A stretch of DNA of 64,000 nucleotides from Octopus vulgaris (GCA_951406725.2 OX597817.1:60450001-60514000), one strand, 5' to 3'. Counted from the first letter of the stretch, positions 13,600 through 27,290 are shown. The notes: generated by a model not told the origin, from the letters alone. Translations and numbers: made by a program.

Positions 13600-14109
13600 A
13601 CGAACAACAAAGCCAGCACCAACACGAGCACAAGCAGCACCTGTAACAACATCAACATCATTTACACCAAAAATTACAAAAAACAGAAATAAACATCGCG
13701 TGTATCCACATAGAAAAATACATTTCAGAGCAAATGTAGCATAACTAGAAAGCGAACGGTTCAGATTGAACGACGGATCCAATTCTTTTACATCGCAGCG
13801 CTGTTGTATTTAACAGAACAAATTTCAGCTCTTAGTAAAACGATTCGCTGTTTGTTTATTCTCCAAACAGCAATCATAATTTGTTATTATAATTTAATAC
13901 CCTTATTAGTTCGTAGTTCTTATATATGCGGTGGTTATGGATAACGTGTGACAAGCGTGGGGGAGGTGCATGGTTGGCTGTGTGTGTGTCTGTGAGAGCC
14001 AAATTCTAGAACAAAAGAAAAGCACGTATATTTTAACTAGCATCCGACATCATGATTGATGCTTTCGCATGTCATTATATTAAGTTTCACTGAAGTGCAC
14101 TCACACACG

Positions 14110-14180
<71 letters not shown>

Positions 14181-14364
14181 GAAATCTGATACATTCATGT
14201 ATACGTGTGCATAAATACGAATACAAATGCATAAACATCTACATACATAAAACATCTGCACATAGACATGCACACATGCACACACACATATATTTGTATA
14301 TATAGATATATGATTATATAAACACACATATGCGTATATATTTGTATATATATGTATATATATT

Positions 14365-14407
<43 letters not shown>

Positions 14408-14424
14408 TATATATACACACACAC

Positions 14425-14455
<31 letters not shown>

Positions 14456-14471
14456 CATATATATGTATATA

Positions 14472-14541
<70 letters not shown>

Positions 14542-14999
14542 CATACATACATATATATCTATAATAATAACGATAATGTTGAGAATTAGTTGGTGATTCA
14601 GTCCATTGTTACTCGAAGTTTGGCGCACGTAAGATATACGTGACATCATACTGACAAATATGGTGAATAAAGCAGTCTCGGCAAAGTTTCAGATAGGCTC
14701 ATTCTCATTGGCAAAGGTAGGTCACGTGGTCGAATATGTGAAAAGTCCAAGATATAACTGGTTCAACTGCTGTGGTTTAAGGGGGATATACCCAATTTAG
14801 ACTTATGGTCATTAAAGGACAACTATAATATGACACCTGTTAAATCTGATAGTGCTGGATTTCAATCAAAATTTCAGTTGATTCCGTCCAAGTGGAATAT
14901 CCTATGATGACAAAAAATTACTGATAATACCTCTGATTTCCCGCCTTGTAACATTGCTTAGTTAAAAGTTCTCAGCTGGACAAACACTTGCAGTTTTGT

Positions 15000-15325
15000 G
15001 GTCTATCGAAGCGTGAAATGGCTTGGAACATAAACCACTGCAAGTTGTCCAGAATGCTGTAGTCAGCATCTTTTGGAATTTCAGTGTTCAGACTAATCAA
15101 AAGATTCAGGTTAACCGAGTAGATGTCATTGGTGAAAAATCATGTTGAGAAGATATGGTTTTGATAAGATATTCCAGTCCCAACTGATAAAAACACATCT
15201 CTAAAAACCTTTTTGAGAAATTGAAAAATTCTTCTGATTTCAATTTCCAAGTCCTATGAAATTGAAATCAGAAGAATCTCAAAGCAACAGCATCACCTAT
15301 TGTTACTGGGTATCTTGGAATGATA
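15000..15325 (+). pseudogene. Decayed RLE endonuclease region of an R4/Dong-like LINE
   Basis: Frameshifted remnants EHKPLQVVQN..SIFWNFSVQTNQKIQVNRVDV..DIPVPTDKNTSLK..YEIEIRR..PIVTGYLGMI. Confidence 0.65.
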
Positions 15326-15339
15326 TCAAAATGACATAC

Positions 15340-16147
15340 ATACACAGAAGGGTTTGATGATGTCAAAAGCTTGGCATGCAGGAGCGACAAATTTATGACA
15401 TCCCACTTTGAAGGTTACATCGCTGCAATCCAAGAACAAGAGACCTCCATTAAGTATCTTGAGTATAAAAGGCAGAAAACGTTGACAGACAAGAAATGTA
15501 GACTTCGCGAGACCAAGACTGAAGACATAGACCTCATTATTGCCAAGTGTGGGAGAATGTCTTCCACATATTATCTTCCCACGAGGCATGATATGGTCTC
15601 CAGAACAGTTTGGAACAGGAGAGCAAGAAGAGAAAATACAAACAAAGATGACCATATTGAGAAAGATGGGCCAAAAGAATACTGGTGGAACTGGAAAATT
15701 GAATCAGCCACCGAGTTAAATTAATACGACCGACCAGATATTGTTGTGTGGGACCACGAAGGAAAGCTATATTCTGCTGTTGAAATTAACTGCTCTCTGG
15801 ACACGAATGTGGTTGGAAAAATACAAGAGAAAGAGGACGTCTGGGGATCATTGACCGGGAAGTTTCAAATCCAGTCTCCAAGACACATTTCCAGCTTCAT
15901 TCCTATTGTTATTGTAACAACGGGATACATACCCGTCTGGAGAAAAATATGGCTGAACTTGGGATCTTCGGGAGAGAATGCAAATCCTTAATTCATGTGT
16001 TAGGAGTCTGGGACAATAAAAATCTGCAAAACCTTCTTTAGATTTATGGGGTGATGGTTAAAACAAGATGGTTTCCTTCTCAACCGTGCTACCAAATAGG
16101 TGACCAGTCAGAATGGATTCTAGAATTAAATTGAGAAAAAGAAGCAC
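15340..16147 (+). mobile_element. 5'-truncated R4/Dong-like LINE (degenerate CCHC knuckle plus PD-(D/E)XK RLE), pseudogenised
   Basis: FEGYIAAIQEQE..KCRLRETKTEDIDLIIAKC..YLPTRHD..EYWWN..RPDIVVWDHEGK..VEINC..FIPIVI..KICKTF; ends at (CATA)n. Confidence 0.85.
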
Positions 16148-16175
16148 ATACGTACATACATACATATATACATAC

Positions 16176-16249
<74 letters not shown>

Positions 16250-16509
16250 GTGTGTATATATGCATAATTACTTATACATACCGTCATACATACACACACA
16301 CACACATGTATAGATATATATCTATATACACACACACAAATATATATGCACATATATATACATAAATATAAATATATATATATACACACATACATTCATA
16401 TGTATATATATATATATATATACATATGCATGTATATATACATATATATACATACATACATATACACATTTTGGTGGTAGAAATAAAATGTTGAAAATAC
16501 ACGAGTAGT

Positions 16510-16559
<50 letters not shown>

Positions 16560-16964
16560 GAGAGAGAGAGAGAGAGAGAGAAGAGAGAGAGAGGGAGAAA
16601 GAGAAAGAGAGAGAGATACCTCCCATGTCTAATATGGGGTTTTGAAATCCAACCAAAGAAGATAAGTTTCGGCTCATCTGCTGGGTGTGGCCTATTTTAG
16701 CTTGATTCTAGTTTATTTTACCTGTTGTGTTGTCATTGGTGTTGTTGTTGTTGCTGTCGGTGGTGGCGTGTTTGGTGTCGTTGTTGTTGTTTTAACTTTT
16801 AAAACAATTACCAAATCGATGGCGAAGAAAGAAATGTGGACGGAACACACAAGTAAATAAAACAACAGCGAATGGTGTTTCTCAAAAAATAACACGCAGG
16901 ATCGCGATTAAGCTTTCACTCTTTCTCTCTCTCTTTCTCTTTCTCTTCGTACAAACATACATAC

Positions 16965-17049
<85 letters not shown>

Positions 17050-17112
17050 CATATATATATATACATATATATTTATACGTACATATATACATACATGCAT
17101 ATATGTATTAAC

Positions 17113-17145
<33 letters not shown>

Positions 17146-18194
17146 CATACAAATACATGTATATGTGTATACATATATGTATATATTATATATATGCATA
17201 TATGTGTGTGTATATATAAACACACATCTATATACCTACATATGTGAATTATATGTATATATATGTATATATATGTGTATGTCCATATACATGTATATGT
17301 GCGCGTGTTCGCGTTTGTATATGCGCATATGTATGTATGTATGTATACGACGCGTTCTTTTTATAAGCCGTAACAATACTAGGAACGATGATGATAATGC
17401 TGATGGTCATGATGATGATGATGATGATAATAATAATAATAATAATAATGAGAAGAAGAAGAAGAAGATGAAGAAGAAAAAGAAATACGATTGTAGGAAA
17501 AAGTACCGAAGCAACAGCAACAACATCAAGAACAAGAACGAGAAACATGGACGAAAAGAAAACGCAAGAAATAATAAGCATGTTTGGAGTTGGCGAGGCA
17601 ACGGTGAAGCGGCCGTTGTATTTGAAACGTAATGCTGGTGTTGTAATAGACGTTTAGTCTCTTTTCTTTTTTTTTGAGCTTTTCCTTATTTTCTTTTTAC
17701 ATTGTTTTTGTTTTATTCTGCTTTTTAAGTCCAACCATATCTATCGTGTGCGATGAGCAACAGTATAACATTTCGATGCCGCATATGGCCTCTGAGTCTA
17801 AGTGTTTTCTATACTATCGGCTAGATTTCAGATGCTTCAATTTCGAGTCGGATGTTTCCAGCGTAATTATATCTCCTTTGACATGTGTTACGCATTGAAC
17901 GAGTAAAAAGAATTTATTGAAGAAGGTATGTGTGTATTTTGAGAGCGTGGATGACTGAAGGGTCGGCTGTTCATATTTTGTCAGCGGCGCTGCGCCAAGT
18001 CCACCGACGTGCATCTAGGTACACCATTTAGTAATAACACAATGAAATTAACCGGGGCTGATTCATAACCTTGCCGTGCTGAGTTCAATCCTAGTTGTAG
18101 GAAATGCTAGTAGCAACAATGTAATTTTCTGTAGAGGATTAGATTAGCAACCAACTATTTTAAGATTCAGCAAGCTTAAGATGGTGAAAGAAAG

Positions 18195-18455
18195 TAGCTT
18201 AGGGGATAAGATGTCACACTAACGATCATAACATCGTGGTTTCGATCCCGGACTGAGCGATAAGGTTATGTTCTTGAACAAAACGCTTCATTTCACATTG
18301 CTCCAGTCAACTCAGCTGTAAATGAGTTTCATTAATAACTGGAAAGTTAACTCTGAGACGGACTGGTGTCCCATCCTGGGGCAAGAAGTGCTGTCATCTC
18401 AGCCACTTATAAGTCATGGATACTTGGTTAAATTGCCGTGAGTCCAAGGACTGAT
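18195..18455 (+). mobile_element. SINE family D (old; Meta/MESC-like central domain), decayed
   Basis: GGTTTCGATCCC B-box, TTCTTGAACAAAACGCTTCATTTCACATTGCTCCAGTCAACTCAGCTGTAAATGAG, GACGGACTGGTGTCCCATCC; related copies at 20590, 24310, 59765, 60120 and 61460. Confidence 0.65.
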
Positions 18456-18554
18456 GATAGACCAGCCTAAGCTGAAGATAAGCATTGGTCTTATAGTTCT
18501 CTATGAAACTTAGAGTTGGTTGCATGTCAATAAACGAGAAATGTTATCCTAAAA

Positions 18555-20060
18555 GTCAACCGTCATAGTGTCTAACCAGAAGCACATCGAGCTGGTCGGC
18601 GAGACACTGAAAGACTACGAAGCAGTAACAGGAGCGGAAATCAACCAGGAAAAGTCAGTGAGCTTGCGGCTCGGCACCTAGAGAAGCAAGCCCATGCCGT
18701 CCGCCAGCGCCTCCGTCGTAGGACGCTGGACCGACGGTTCGGTCGAGTTGCTCGAGGTCTGGTTTGGTCAACACCCGTTAAAAGGAGGGCTGGGCATGCC
18801 GTGGTTGATGATGCGCAGACACGTGCTGAGACTGTGACATCTCCGGCTCTACGTAGACGACGGTGAACAGGTGTGGTCGCCGTTTGTGAAGCGCGCTTTT
18901 CCGCAACTCGTCTCCATGACCGAACTGCAGTCGTGGATCAAAAAGAGGCCGAGGAAGGGCGAATGGCACCACGAGTGTCGCGTTGCTCTCAAGCAACTCT
19001 GCCGTCCCGGGTCGACCTTGAGTGACTCCATCACAACCCAAGCATTCTATAGGAGATTAGTGGAGGGGAGGTACGACGACGAGCTCGGGGCGAACCTGGA
19101 CGTCGACGAGGAATACCTGACCCGCCTGTTCGGGACGACTTTCGGGCCAGGGCCCATGGACAACTTCCAGAGATCCCTGGCCTGGCAGTGCTACCGAGAA
19201 GCGCTACCCATTCGGGATAAGCTCTACAGACACAGCTCGAGAAACACGGGGCCGACCTACCCGAGATGCGGTCAGAGCGACGAAACCGTTCTGCACGCAC
19301 TCGTGCAGTGTCCAACAATTTCCAACCTGTGGGCTTATGTCGAACAACTGCTGTCACGTGTGGGACGAGTCGGTTTATCAGCTGAGTCTATCGTCAATAT
19401 TGTCACGCCTCCTTCCTTCAAACGGGAAGGAAGAGCTATTTTCATCATCCTTGTGGCTATGGCGAAAGAATGTATCTGGTGGACGCGTCTGAAAGGATTG
19501 GAGACAAACACTTTCCTCTCTGGTCAATCTCTCATCAACTTCTTCAAGTACCACTTGAAAAGGAAAGTGAGAGTAGAGAGGCAAGTTTTGTCTAGCGAAT
19601 GTTTTAAAAAAAGATAGGTGAATGTAGCAAGGATGATTGACGAAGCCACCTTGAGCATAATCCTGTGAACCCAGAAATTGAAAACAGAGGGTTACCCACT
19701 TGCAAACAAATGTGGTAACACATAACAATATTGACCGAGGTTACCGTGGTCTTTTCCGTAGGCTTTTCTTCCCACGGATAAACCTTATCTGCTTCCCCCT
19801 TTACACCGTACATTATGACACTGTGATACACGATCCCTATTGATCGTTTTTTTTCCTCTTCCCCTTTTTTCCTCTTTTTTCTTCTTTTTTCTTTTTTCTT
19901 TTCTTTTGTTTCTTTTCCTTTTTTTCTTTTTTTCTTTTTTCCCTTTTACGATCCTTTTGATCGAAAACCTACGCCACTTTTTTTTTCTCCCTCCAAAAGA
20001 AAAGCTCTACCTTGTAATTTGTCCCATCTGTGTGCAGCCTTGTGTAGCCAATAAAGAAAC
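18555..20060 (+). mobile_element. 5'-truncated Tx1-clade LINE, copy 1 (ORF2 C-terminal part, pseudogenised)
   Basis: HIELVGETLKDYEAVTGAEINQEKS..., GGLGMPW, zinc-finger remnant PRCGQSDETVLHALVQC. In-frame stops and a ~250-bp deletion at ~18768 relative to the 30279 copy. 3' UTR with AATAAA, followed by (ATCT)n. Confidence 0.9.
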
Positions 20061-20153
<93 letters not shown>

Positions 20154-20589
20154 CAACCGTGTTGTCCTTTAGATCTAGACAAGCGATCCAGTCGCATTGA
20201 ACACGACTTTTATTCCGACATAACGCAGGATGTGATGAAAACATAAAACCACGATTCGGCTACTTGTAGTAGGTCGACCAGACACGGAGAGGATCTTTTG
20301 GTGGTTCACATGCATTTTGCTGATATATTATGTAGAATTTGCCAATATTTCTTGGAGATAGGCCAAACGTCAGTTTTTATTTCATGTCACGAAGTTATTT
20401 AGAGAACCTAATAATGTTATCAATTTCATGCTAAAGGCTAGAGTGTGTTAACGTGCGAGTTCTTAGCAAACCAGTCACTTAGCTTTCGTTTAGATGTGGT
20501 CTGGGATGTTTGTGTAGGTGGCCGTACCAGTGCCTCGTAGATTTTACTTGAGCCAGCAGTTGTTTATCATCATCATCAACGCCTGCATA

Positions 20590-20862
20590 TTACTATCTCG
20601 AGTCCTAGGGGCCGTTACGCGGTTTCCATGGTATATAAGTAACCAAGACCACAACACCATCTCCATCCCCCACTGCCGCCGCCGCCGCCCTGAACCGGGC
20701 ACTAGTCCGTCGCCAGGTTATTCATTTCTAGCCGAGTCGAACCTCGACTATAGTGAAATGAAGTATTTTGTTCAGGATCACAACATACCACCAGGTCCTG
20801 GAATCGAAACCGCGACTTTGTGATTGTGAGTGAAAACCCCTAGCCACCAGGCCACGCCGCTT
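20590..20862 (-). mobile_element. SINE family D copy
   Basis: Minus-strand head GGCGTGGCCTGGTGGCTAGGG..GGTTTCGATTCC and tail CATGGAAACCG..CCTAGGACTCGAG. Confidence 0.65.
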
Positions 20863-21936
20863 CAGTTGTTGGGGACTGAAGTATTTTATAACTCAAAATT
20901 GCAAGAGTAATCTTTGGGTTGCAGTTTTCCCTATATTCTCGATGTGACATCAACCGGAAAGATGATCAGAGATTGCGAGGCCTAACATATTTAAAGATCT
21001 TGAAGCTTTTCCGGTGGCTGTTGTCCAAGACTCGAGGGGTTAAGGGAAAAGAACCTTTCTTTGATATGTGCAGCAGTGACTGTGTTTTTGATCTGATCAA
21101 AGAGAAAACATGATCAGGTTTCCATAACAACGCTCAAGAGATTCACGTTTCCCAGAAGAAAATAAGCTTTGGTGCATTGTGCGGATTTCGCAAGTCTTTG
21201 TATAGAGATGGAAGCGTTGTTAATGAAATTGAACGTGAAGTTGTACATTCATCGTTTTCGTAAGGATTTTGGTAGGTTTTGGCTCCAGACGAAGGAATCA
21301 GAAGATACATTGGTGCCAGCTGTAACCCCTTCTCGATTACTTTCAGTAACTCAGCTGAATGGTTGTGGTTCAGTCGAACACCTCAAAAACTTATATTCAC
21401 GGGGTTACAATTTATAAATGATGACAAAAAAAAAAAAGGATACGGGAGCATGTGCCAGCTGACAGGGGAGCCAGTCGAGGAGTTACCCACGGCATCAGAT
21501 CTTGTTTCTACCCGGTTGCGCAGAAACATTCACCATAATAAATTCTTTGTTTTTTTGCCTTTTGTTTAGCTAATTTTATAGTAACTTCTTGCTCTTGGAA
21601 TGCACCTGTGAGGTGCCAAAGATAGCATAAACACCTTGCCAATGCTTACAGACACAGTCCCCCCAAGTTTTATGGAACATACACATACAAACACTTTATT
21701 GGTATTCTGCATCTTTCTTCTGCTGGTAAAGTTAATTAATGAATGCTGTGTGGAGGAATTGAAGAACTCGTTGAACACTAGCGACACCAGCGGGATATTG
21801 TTGAAGCATTTATTTCTATGATCGATTGTTTAGCAGATTCTGTTATACGATACGACACTGATCTAAATCGCTTTCCTTCTAAACAAATAACCAATGTTAC
21901 CATTATTAACGAGTATCAATAGTAACATCGATTTAA

Positions 21937-22319
21937 GGCGGCGAGCTGGCAGAAACGTTAGCACGCCGGGCGAATTGCATAGCCGTATTTCGTCTGAGTT
22001 CAAATTCCGCCGAGGTCGACTTTGCCTTTCATCGTTTTCAGGGTCGATTAAATAACTACCTGTTACGCACTGAGGTCGATATGATCGACTTAATCCGTTT
22101 GTCTGTCCTTGTTTGTCCTCTCTGTGTTTAGCCCCTTGTGGGTAGTAAAGAAATAGGTATTTCGTCAGCCTTTATGTTATGAGTTCAAATTCCGCTAATC
22201 CTAACACTAACCCTTCAGGGTCGATAACTTAAGTACCAGTTGCGTACTGGGGTCGATCTAATCGGCTGGCTCCTCCTCCCCAAATTTCGGGCCTTGTGTC
22301 TAGAGTAGAAAAGAATATT
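21937..22319 (+). mobile_element. SINE family B dimer (Tx1-tailed unit plus tail-2 unit)
   Basis: Junction AAAGAAATA|GGTATTTCGTC at 22155/22156. Confidence 0.85.
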
Positions 22320-22331
22320 AACAACCATTTA

Positions 22332-22525
22332 AGGCAGCGAGTTGGCAGAATGGTTACCGCGCCGGGCGAAATGCATCTCCTCCGTCTTTACACACTGCGT
22401 TCAAATTCTGCCGCGGTCGACTTTGCCTTTCCTCCTTTCGGGGTCGATCAAATAAGTACCAGTTGAGCGCTGAGGTCAATGTAAATCACTTACCCTTCCT
22501 CCAAAAGTGCTGGCCTTGTGACAAA
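22332..22525 (+). mobile_element. SINE family B monomer (tail type 2)
   Basis: GGCAGCGAGTTGGCAGAA head and GTCGACTTTGCCTTTCCTCCTTTCGGGGTCGA domain. Confidence 0.8.
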
Positions 22526-22609
22526 ACTTGGAACCAATATTAACTCATTTGATATTGAGCCTTGCTCGTTTTGATATCAATGAAGCGCAATTCCTTTACA
22601 ATATTGTTA

Positions 22610-22890
22610 AGTGTCACAAACCTGTTTTTTTTTTATGGCGATCTTCCAAGAGTTACTGCTATCATAAAGGAGAGAAGACTGGAATCTTGTGGAGACTGGT
22701 TCCGTTGTAAGGATGAGGTTGTGAGTCAAATACTGTTGTTGGAATACAACCAACACACAAAAAGTGAGCCGGAAGTCAGGGCGTTTATTGATCAGCTTGT
22801 TGAAGACTGATCTACTGAAGGGTAACCGACCGAGGGTAATACAGGAAAGGGAATTCTGGACACAAGTGGTTGACGGTGTTCGTCTACAGA
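22610..22890 (+). mobile_element. 3' fragment of an RTE-clade LINE
   Basis: YGDLPRVTAIIKERRLESCGDWFRCKDEVVSQILLLE..FIDQLVED..EREFWTQVV resembles the RTE ORF C-terminus (RRLRFAGH..W..DR..W). Confidence 0.7.
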
Positions 22891-23332
22891 CAACACACAC
22901 GCATGCGTGCACACACACACACACACACACGCACACACACACACACACACATACACACACACACACACACGCACATCACAAGTGTTAGGACCAGTTCTAT
23001 AACCGAAATGCATTGTGGGATATTGTTTCATAATATATGACAAAGACTTGCGGTTGTTTTTCGTTCAGTAAATTTCGTGTAATCCACTTAGAACACTCTC
23101 TGCTTTCACAGAACTATTTGCAGAAAACATTTTCGTTGATATTTCGGTATTTGTAAGACTCACTGTGAGAAACAGGAGAGATAGAAGCACCATTGATATT
23201 GATATCGTTTGGAAGCAGTTTATCTAGATTCTGTTCGGAACGTTTTCTTCTGCCAAATTCCATCCCCAGAAAACACTTTTTATTAAACCCAGCTGCTTTA
23301 CTGAATTGCAAAGATTTCCAGTACAGATCGTC

Positions 23333-23370
<38 letters not shown>

Positions 23371-23450
23371 AGTGCATATATATGTATATTTGTATAGATA
23401 TATATGTATATTACTAGACTATGTTTGCGCATATGCGCGTATGTATGCTT

Positions 23451-23530
<80 letters not shown>

Positions 23531-23534
<4 letters not shown>

Positions 23535-23690
23535 AGAGTTTACGAAAAAAACAAAAGACGAAGACAGGTGGTGTACAATACAAACAGATGTATTAGTATA
23601 ACGCTCAGGAATAGAAAAAAGTCTTTTACGTTTCGAGCCTACGGTCTTCTACAGAAAGGGACACAGAAAAAACAAGGAGAGAAAAAAACA
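23531..23690 (-). mobile_element. Penelope-like terminal repeat fragment with a minimal hammerhead-like motif (23621-23660)
   Basis: Minus strand CTTT-CTGTAGA-A-GACC-GTAG-GCTC-GAAACGTA-AAAG; homologous over ~150 bp to 55120-55277. Confidence 0.6.
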
Positions 23691-23869
23691 TATATATGTG
23701 CCTTTATATGTGTGTTTGTGCACCATGTGTGTGAACCAGCAGTTGACAAGTCTAATGTTGTCTTCTTTATGAAACATCCTAAACACGTCCACCAAATATC
23801 CACCCTTATTTATATCCTTTGTCTTTCAAGCTTTCTCTACACATATGTGCGCACGTGGAATTTCATCTC

Positions 23870-24058
23870 TGACATGTTTCAGTCTGCGACCATGCTGGGG
23901 CACCGTTTCGAAGTCTTAAGTCCAACAAATCAACCCCAGTACTTATTTGTTAAATTCTGGTGCTGATTTCATCAGTATATTTTGCTGAACCGCTAAGTTA
24001 CGGGAACGTAAAGAAACCATTACCGGTTGTCAATCGTTGGGTAGAGAGGGACACAAAC
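23870..24058 (-). mobile_element. SINE family A, 3' half
   Basis: Reverse complement of TTGACAACCGGT..AACTTAGCGGTTCAGCAAA..GTGCCCCAGCATGGTCGCAGACTGAAAC. Confidence 0.7.
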
Positions 24059-24309
24059 CGAAGAGGTCTTCAAATCGGAGACATTTCCGTGGACTCTGTT
24101 AAAGACATTACAGGCTGACAGACAACGAAGTTAAACCAGGCGACGCATTTCTTCTGTTATCCAAGCAGCCCGTGGCAGGGTTTGAACACGGACCTGATAG
24201 ATGGAATAAATAGCACAAGATTACAAAGCAATGCCTTAACATTTCTGATAGCCCAACACTCTTCTTTATTCGTACCTTATTTCACCGACCCGGAAGGATA
24301 AAGGAAAAG

Positions 24310-24545
24310 GCACGTGCTCTAATGGTAAAGGTTTAGTGACAATCGGAAGAACGTTGTTTCGATTCTTGGAACATGCAGTGCACTATCTTCTTGAGCAAAC
24401 ATTTCATCTCACTTTAATTTCGTCCACTCAGTTACCCTACGATGGACCGATGCCCCGTCCAGGGGGAATGTTGTGATCTCGGTCACTCATACGCCATGGA
24501 AACCGAGCAAGTGGGCTTATGAGTTCTAGGACTCGAGGCAGTAAT
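24310..24545 (+). mobile_element. SINE family D copy
   Basis: TTCTTGAGCAAACATTTCATCTCAC..GATGGACCGATGCCCCGTCCAGGGG..CGCCATGGAAACCG..GGACTCGAG. Confidence 0.65.
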
Positions 24546-24665
24546 ATCCGGGGTTTGTTGTTGTTGTTGTTGATGATGATGATGATGATGATGATGACGA
24601 CGACGACGACGATGATGAAGATGATGATGTTGAGGATGATGATGATAATGATGATGATGATGATT

Positions 24666-24697
<32 letters not shown>

Positions 24698-25361
24698 ACT
24701 GATGATGATTATGATGTTTGGGATGCTGATGATGATGATGACGAAAGATAAGAGCCAGTTTGAACACTTAACACAAGATGTCAACCTTTCCAGGCATGAA
24801 ATAACGTGTCCAGTTCTTTATAACCCAACGGGTCTTTGTCATTGTCAAAATGCGATTCGAAAAGCATTCAGGCCACATTTATCTTCTGCTTTTAACGCGT
24901 TCAGCGACCACATCTTGGGACTCTCATTCACTCGATTGGTTGGGGAGAGATATTACGTTATTTACAAAACCTTCCTCCATTTTGTCAATAATCTTTCCCT
25001 CATTTCGTAACCTAAATCCATTAAAGAAAAGAATAAATAAGTAAATAAAATATGCACTTTTTATTTATTTTTATTTTGTTTTCTTTTTTCTTCTGTTTTT
25101 TTCTTTACTTTTTTTTTATTTTTTTTACCTTGTGCTTGTTTTCATCTCTCGGTCTTGCTAATGGTTGAAATTTCAAATATCTTGGGGAAACTTCAGCATC
25201 GTTCTCCAACAGCTTTCTCCAGCTGGATGTAAACATATTTTTACATCAAAGGGGAAAACGATACCAACAACAACAACGACAACAATAAAAACAAAGAACA
25301 ATAATAATAAAACCAAACAATAATAATAATGATGATGATGACGATGATAATGATGATAATG

Positions 25362-25418
<57 letters not shown>

Positions 25419-25654
25419 GTAGAGGGATTTCCTGTATCATTACACTTGGTCGTTTATTTTACATGTTAAAACTACAAGAACATGTTTCATTGTAGCGTGA
25501 TACAGCTGTTAATTTTGTAGCGCCTTGCGAAGAAGTTGTTATGATTTCTTAGTCTCTATTGTGCCAGAAGGAAGACCTCCATTGTTACGGCAAAACCTAT
25601 AACCAAGCGGTTAACATTTCATATTTGGTAGGAGTATCATTTGTGGTTGTATCT

Positions 25655-26072
25655 CTTATCTTTTGTTTCGTTGGACTGCGGCAATGCTGGAGCACCGCTT
25701 TGTAGCGTTTTAGTTGAATAATTCGACCCTAGTATTTATTTTTTTTTAAAGTTTGGTATTTATTCTATCGGTCTCTTTCGCCGAACTGCTAATTTACGGT
25801 CAAATAAAGAAACCAACATAGGTTGTCAAACGGTGGATAGGAACAAACAAACAAAAAGACACACAATCTGACACACATTTACACAAACACACACGCCCCC
25901 CACATATATATACGACGGGCTTCCACACCGTTTTCGTTTACCAAATCCATTCATAAGGCATTAGTTAATCCAGTGTTATTATAGAAGACACTTGGCCAAG
26001 ATGCCGTGCAGCTGGACTGAATCAGAAACCATGTGGATGTAAAGCAAACTTCTTAACCACTACAGCCATGCC
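25655..26072 (-). mobile_element. SINE family A, full-length diverged copy
   Basis: Head, internal CA/TA tract and 3' half are all present on the minus strand. Confidence 0.75.
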
Positions 26073-26339
26073 AATCTCCCCGGGTTCCACAAAACAGATT
26101 GGCAACCAGAAAAGTGCTGACGTTGATGTAATCGATTCGCGCTCTCCACTTCAAAATTAATGGCGTTAAATTAGAATCAATTTTTGGTGACCTGGCAGAA
26201 TCGTTATACTGTCGGAAAAAATGTCTTACCATATTTGTTTCGGCTCTTTACGCTCTGAGTTCAAATACCGCCGAAATCGAACTCACAACCTTAAGATTGT
26301 GAGCCAAATAGCTCTAACGACTAAATCACAAGCCCTCGC

Positions 26340-27290
26340 AAACCTAGTATTGTATTTGTGCCTCATGTCTTAGGCTCAAGGAACACAGGATGACCCGAGG
26401 CTGCAGCTGTTTGTAAACTCTTATATTGATATCTGAAGACCGCAAAGCAAGAGTTGAGCTGTACCCAAGTTGTGGAAGTGGATACAAAGACCATGAATCT
26501 GCTGGTCCAGGGCAAAAAGCCCTGCAATTATATCTGTGGTTGCAAGAAGTCCTTAAGATTCAAATTTTTGACTTTACAATAATTCTAACGGTAGAAACAA
26601 TTAGAGAATTATATATATATACATATATATAAGATGCCCCGCTGGTCCAAGAACAAAAGAGAACCATGATAAAAGTAGCAATAATTACAAAGAGTACACT
26701 CAATGAAAACAGAATATGAACATGAATAGCACCAGATGAAAAGCAGTTACTATATTGTTATAAGGTAAGCGGTAATCCATCAGTCAGAAACCCATAGAAA
26801 ATTCTTTACAAGTGAAGACAAGACAAAAATTAGTTTGTAATTTCACAAATGTACCGCAACTATTATAAGAAGGAAATTGGCTGAAAGTAAGAAAATTGAA
26901 TTAGACATAGACATCGAAATCAAAGAATTAGATTAATGTCACTTCAAATAGTTAGGAGTAGATGGAACTAATAAAATAGAATTACGAGAAATGAAAGACA
27001 AAATTAGAAATGCGTGCTACGGAACAGAATATAAAGAAACAAATAAAATAATTGAGATTCCACTTGTAAAAGAACAGCTTCAATACACTAAATTGGAAAT
27101 CAAGGAAATTGAAGGGTTTACACAGAACAACAAATAAACTCCTAACACGAATCCAGAATCAGGAGTCTGAAGCGGATGATGACAAAATATATCTAACCCC
27201 GTCAAAAAATCTACGACTGATCTGATACAAAAAGACTACAACAAAACAATAGGACAAAAAAAAAACCTCTATTTGGTAGCAAACGAAATA
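26340..27290 (+). pseudogene. Heavily decayed non-LTR retrotransposon remnant, possibly R4/Dong-like
   Basis: Broken motifs such as YCYKVSGNP and NWKSRKLK..NKLLT..DDKIYL resemble R4-clade N-terminal and post-RT regions; many stops. Confidence 0.4.

Noticed and set aside
14706-14730. ATTGG plus CACGTG as an ERSE-like promoter element
   Set aside because: Spacing and orientation do not fit ERSE, and no gene start is nearby.
20870-21840. Possible decayed DNA transposase or host exons
   Set aside because: Short broken ORFs with no recognisable motif or consistent splice signals.
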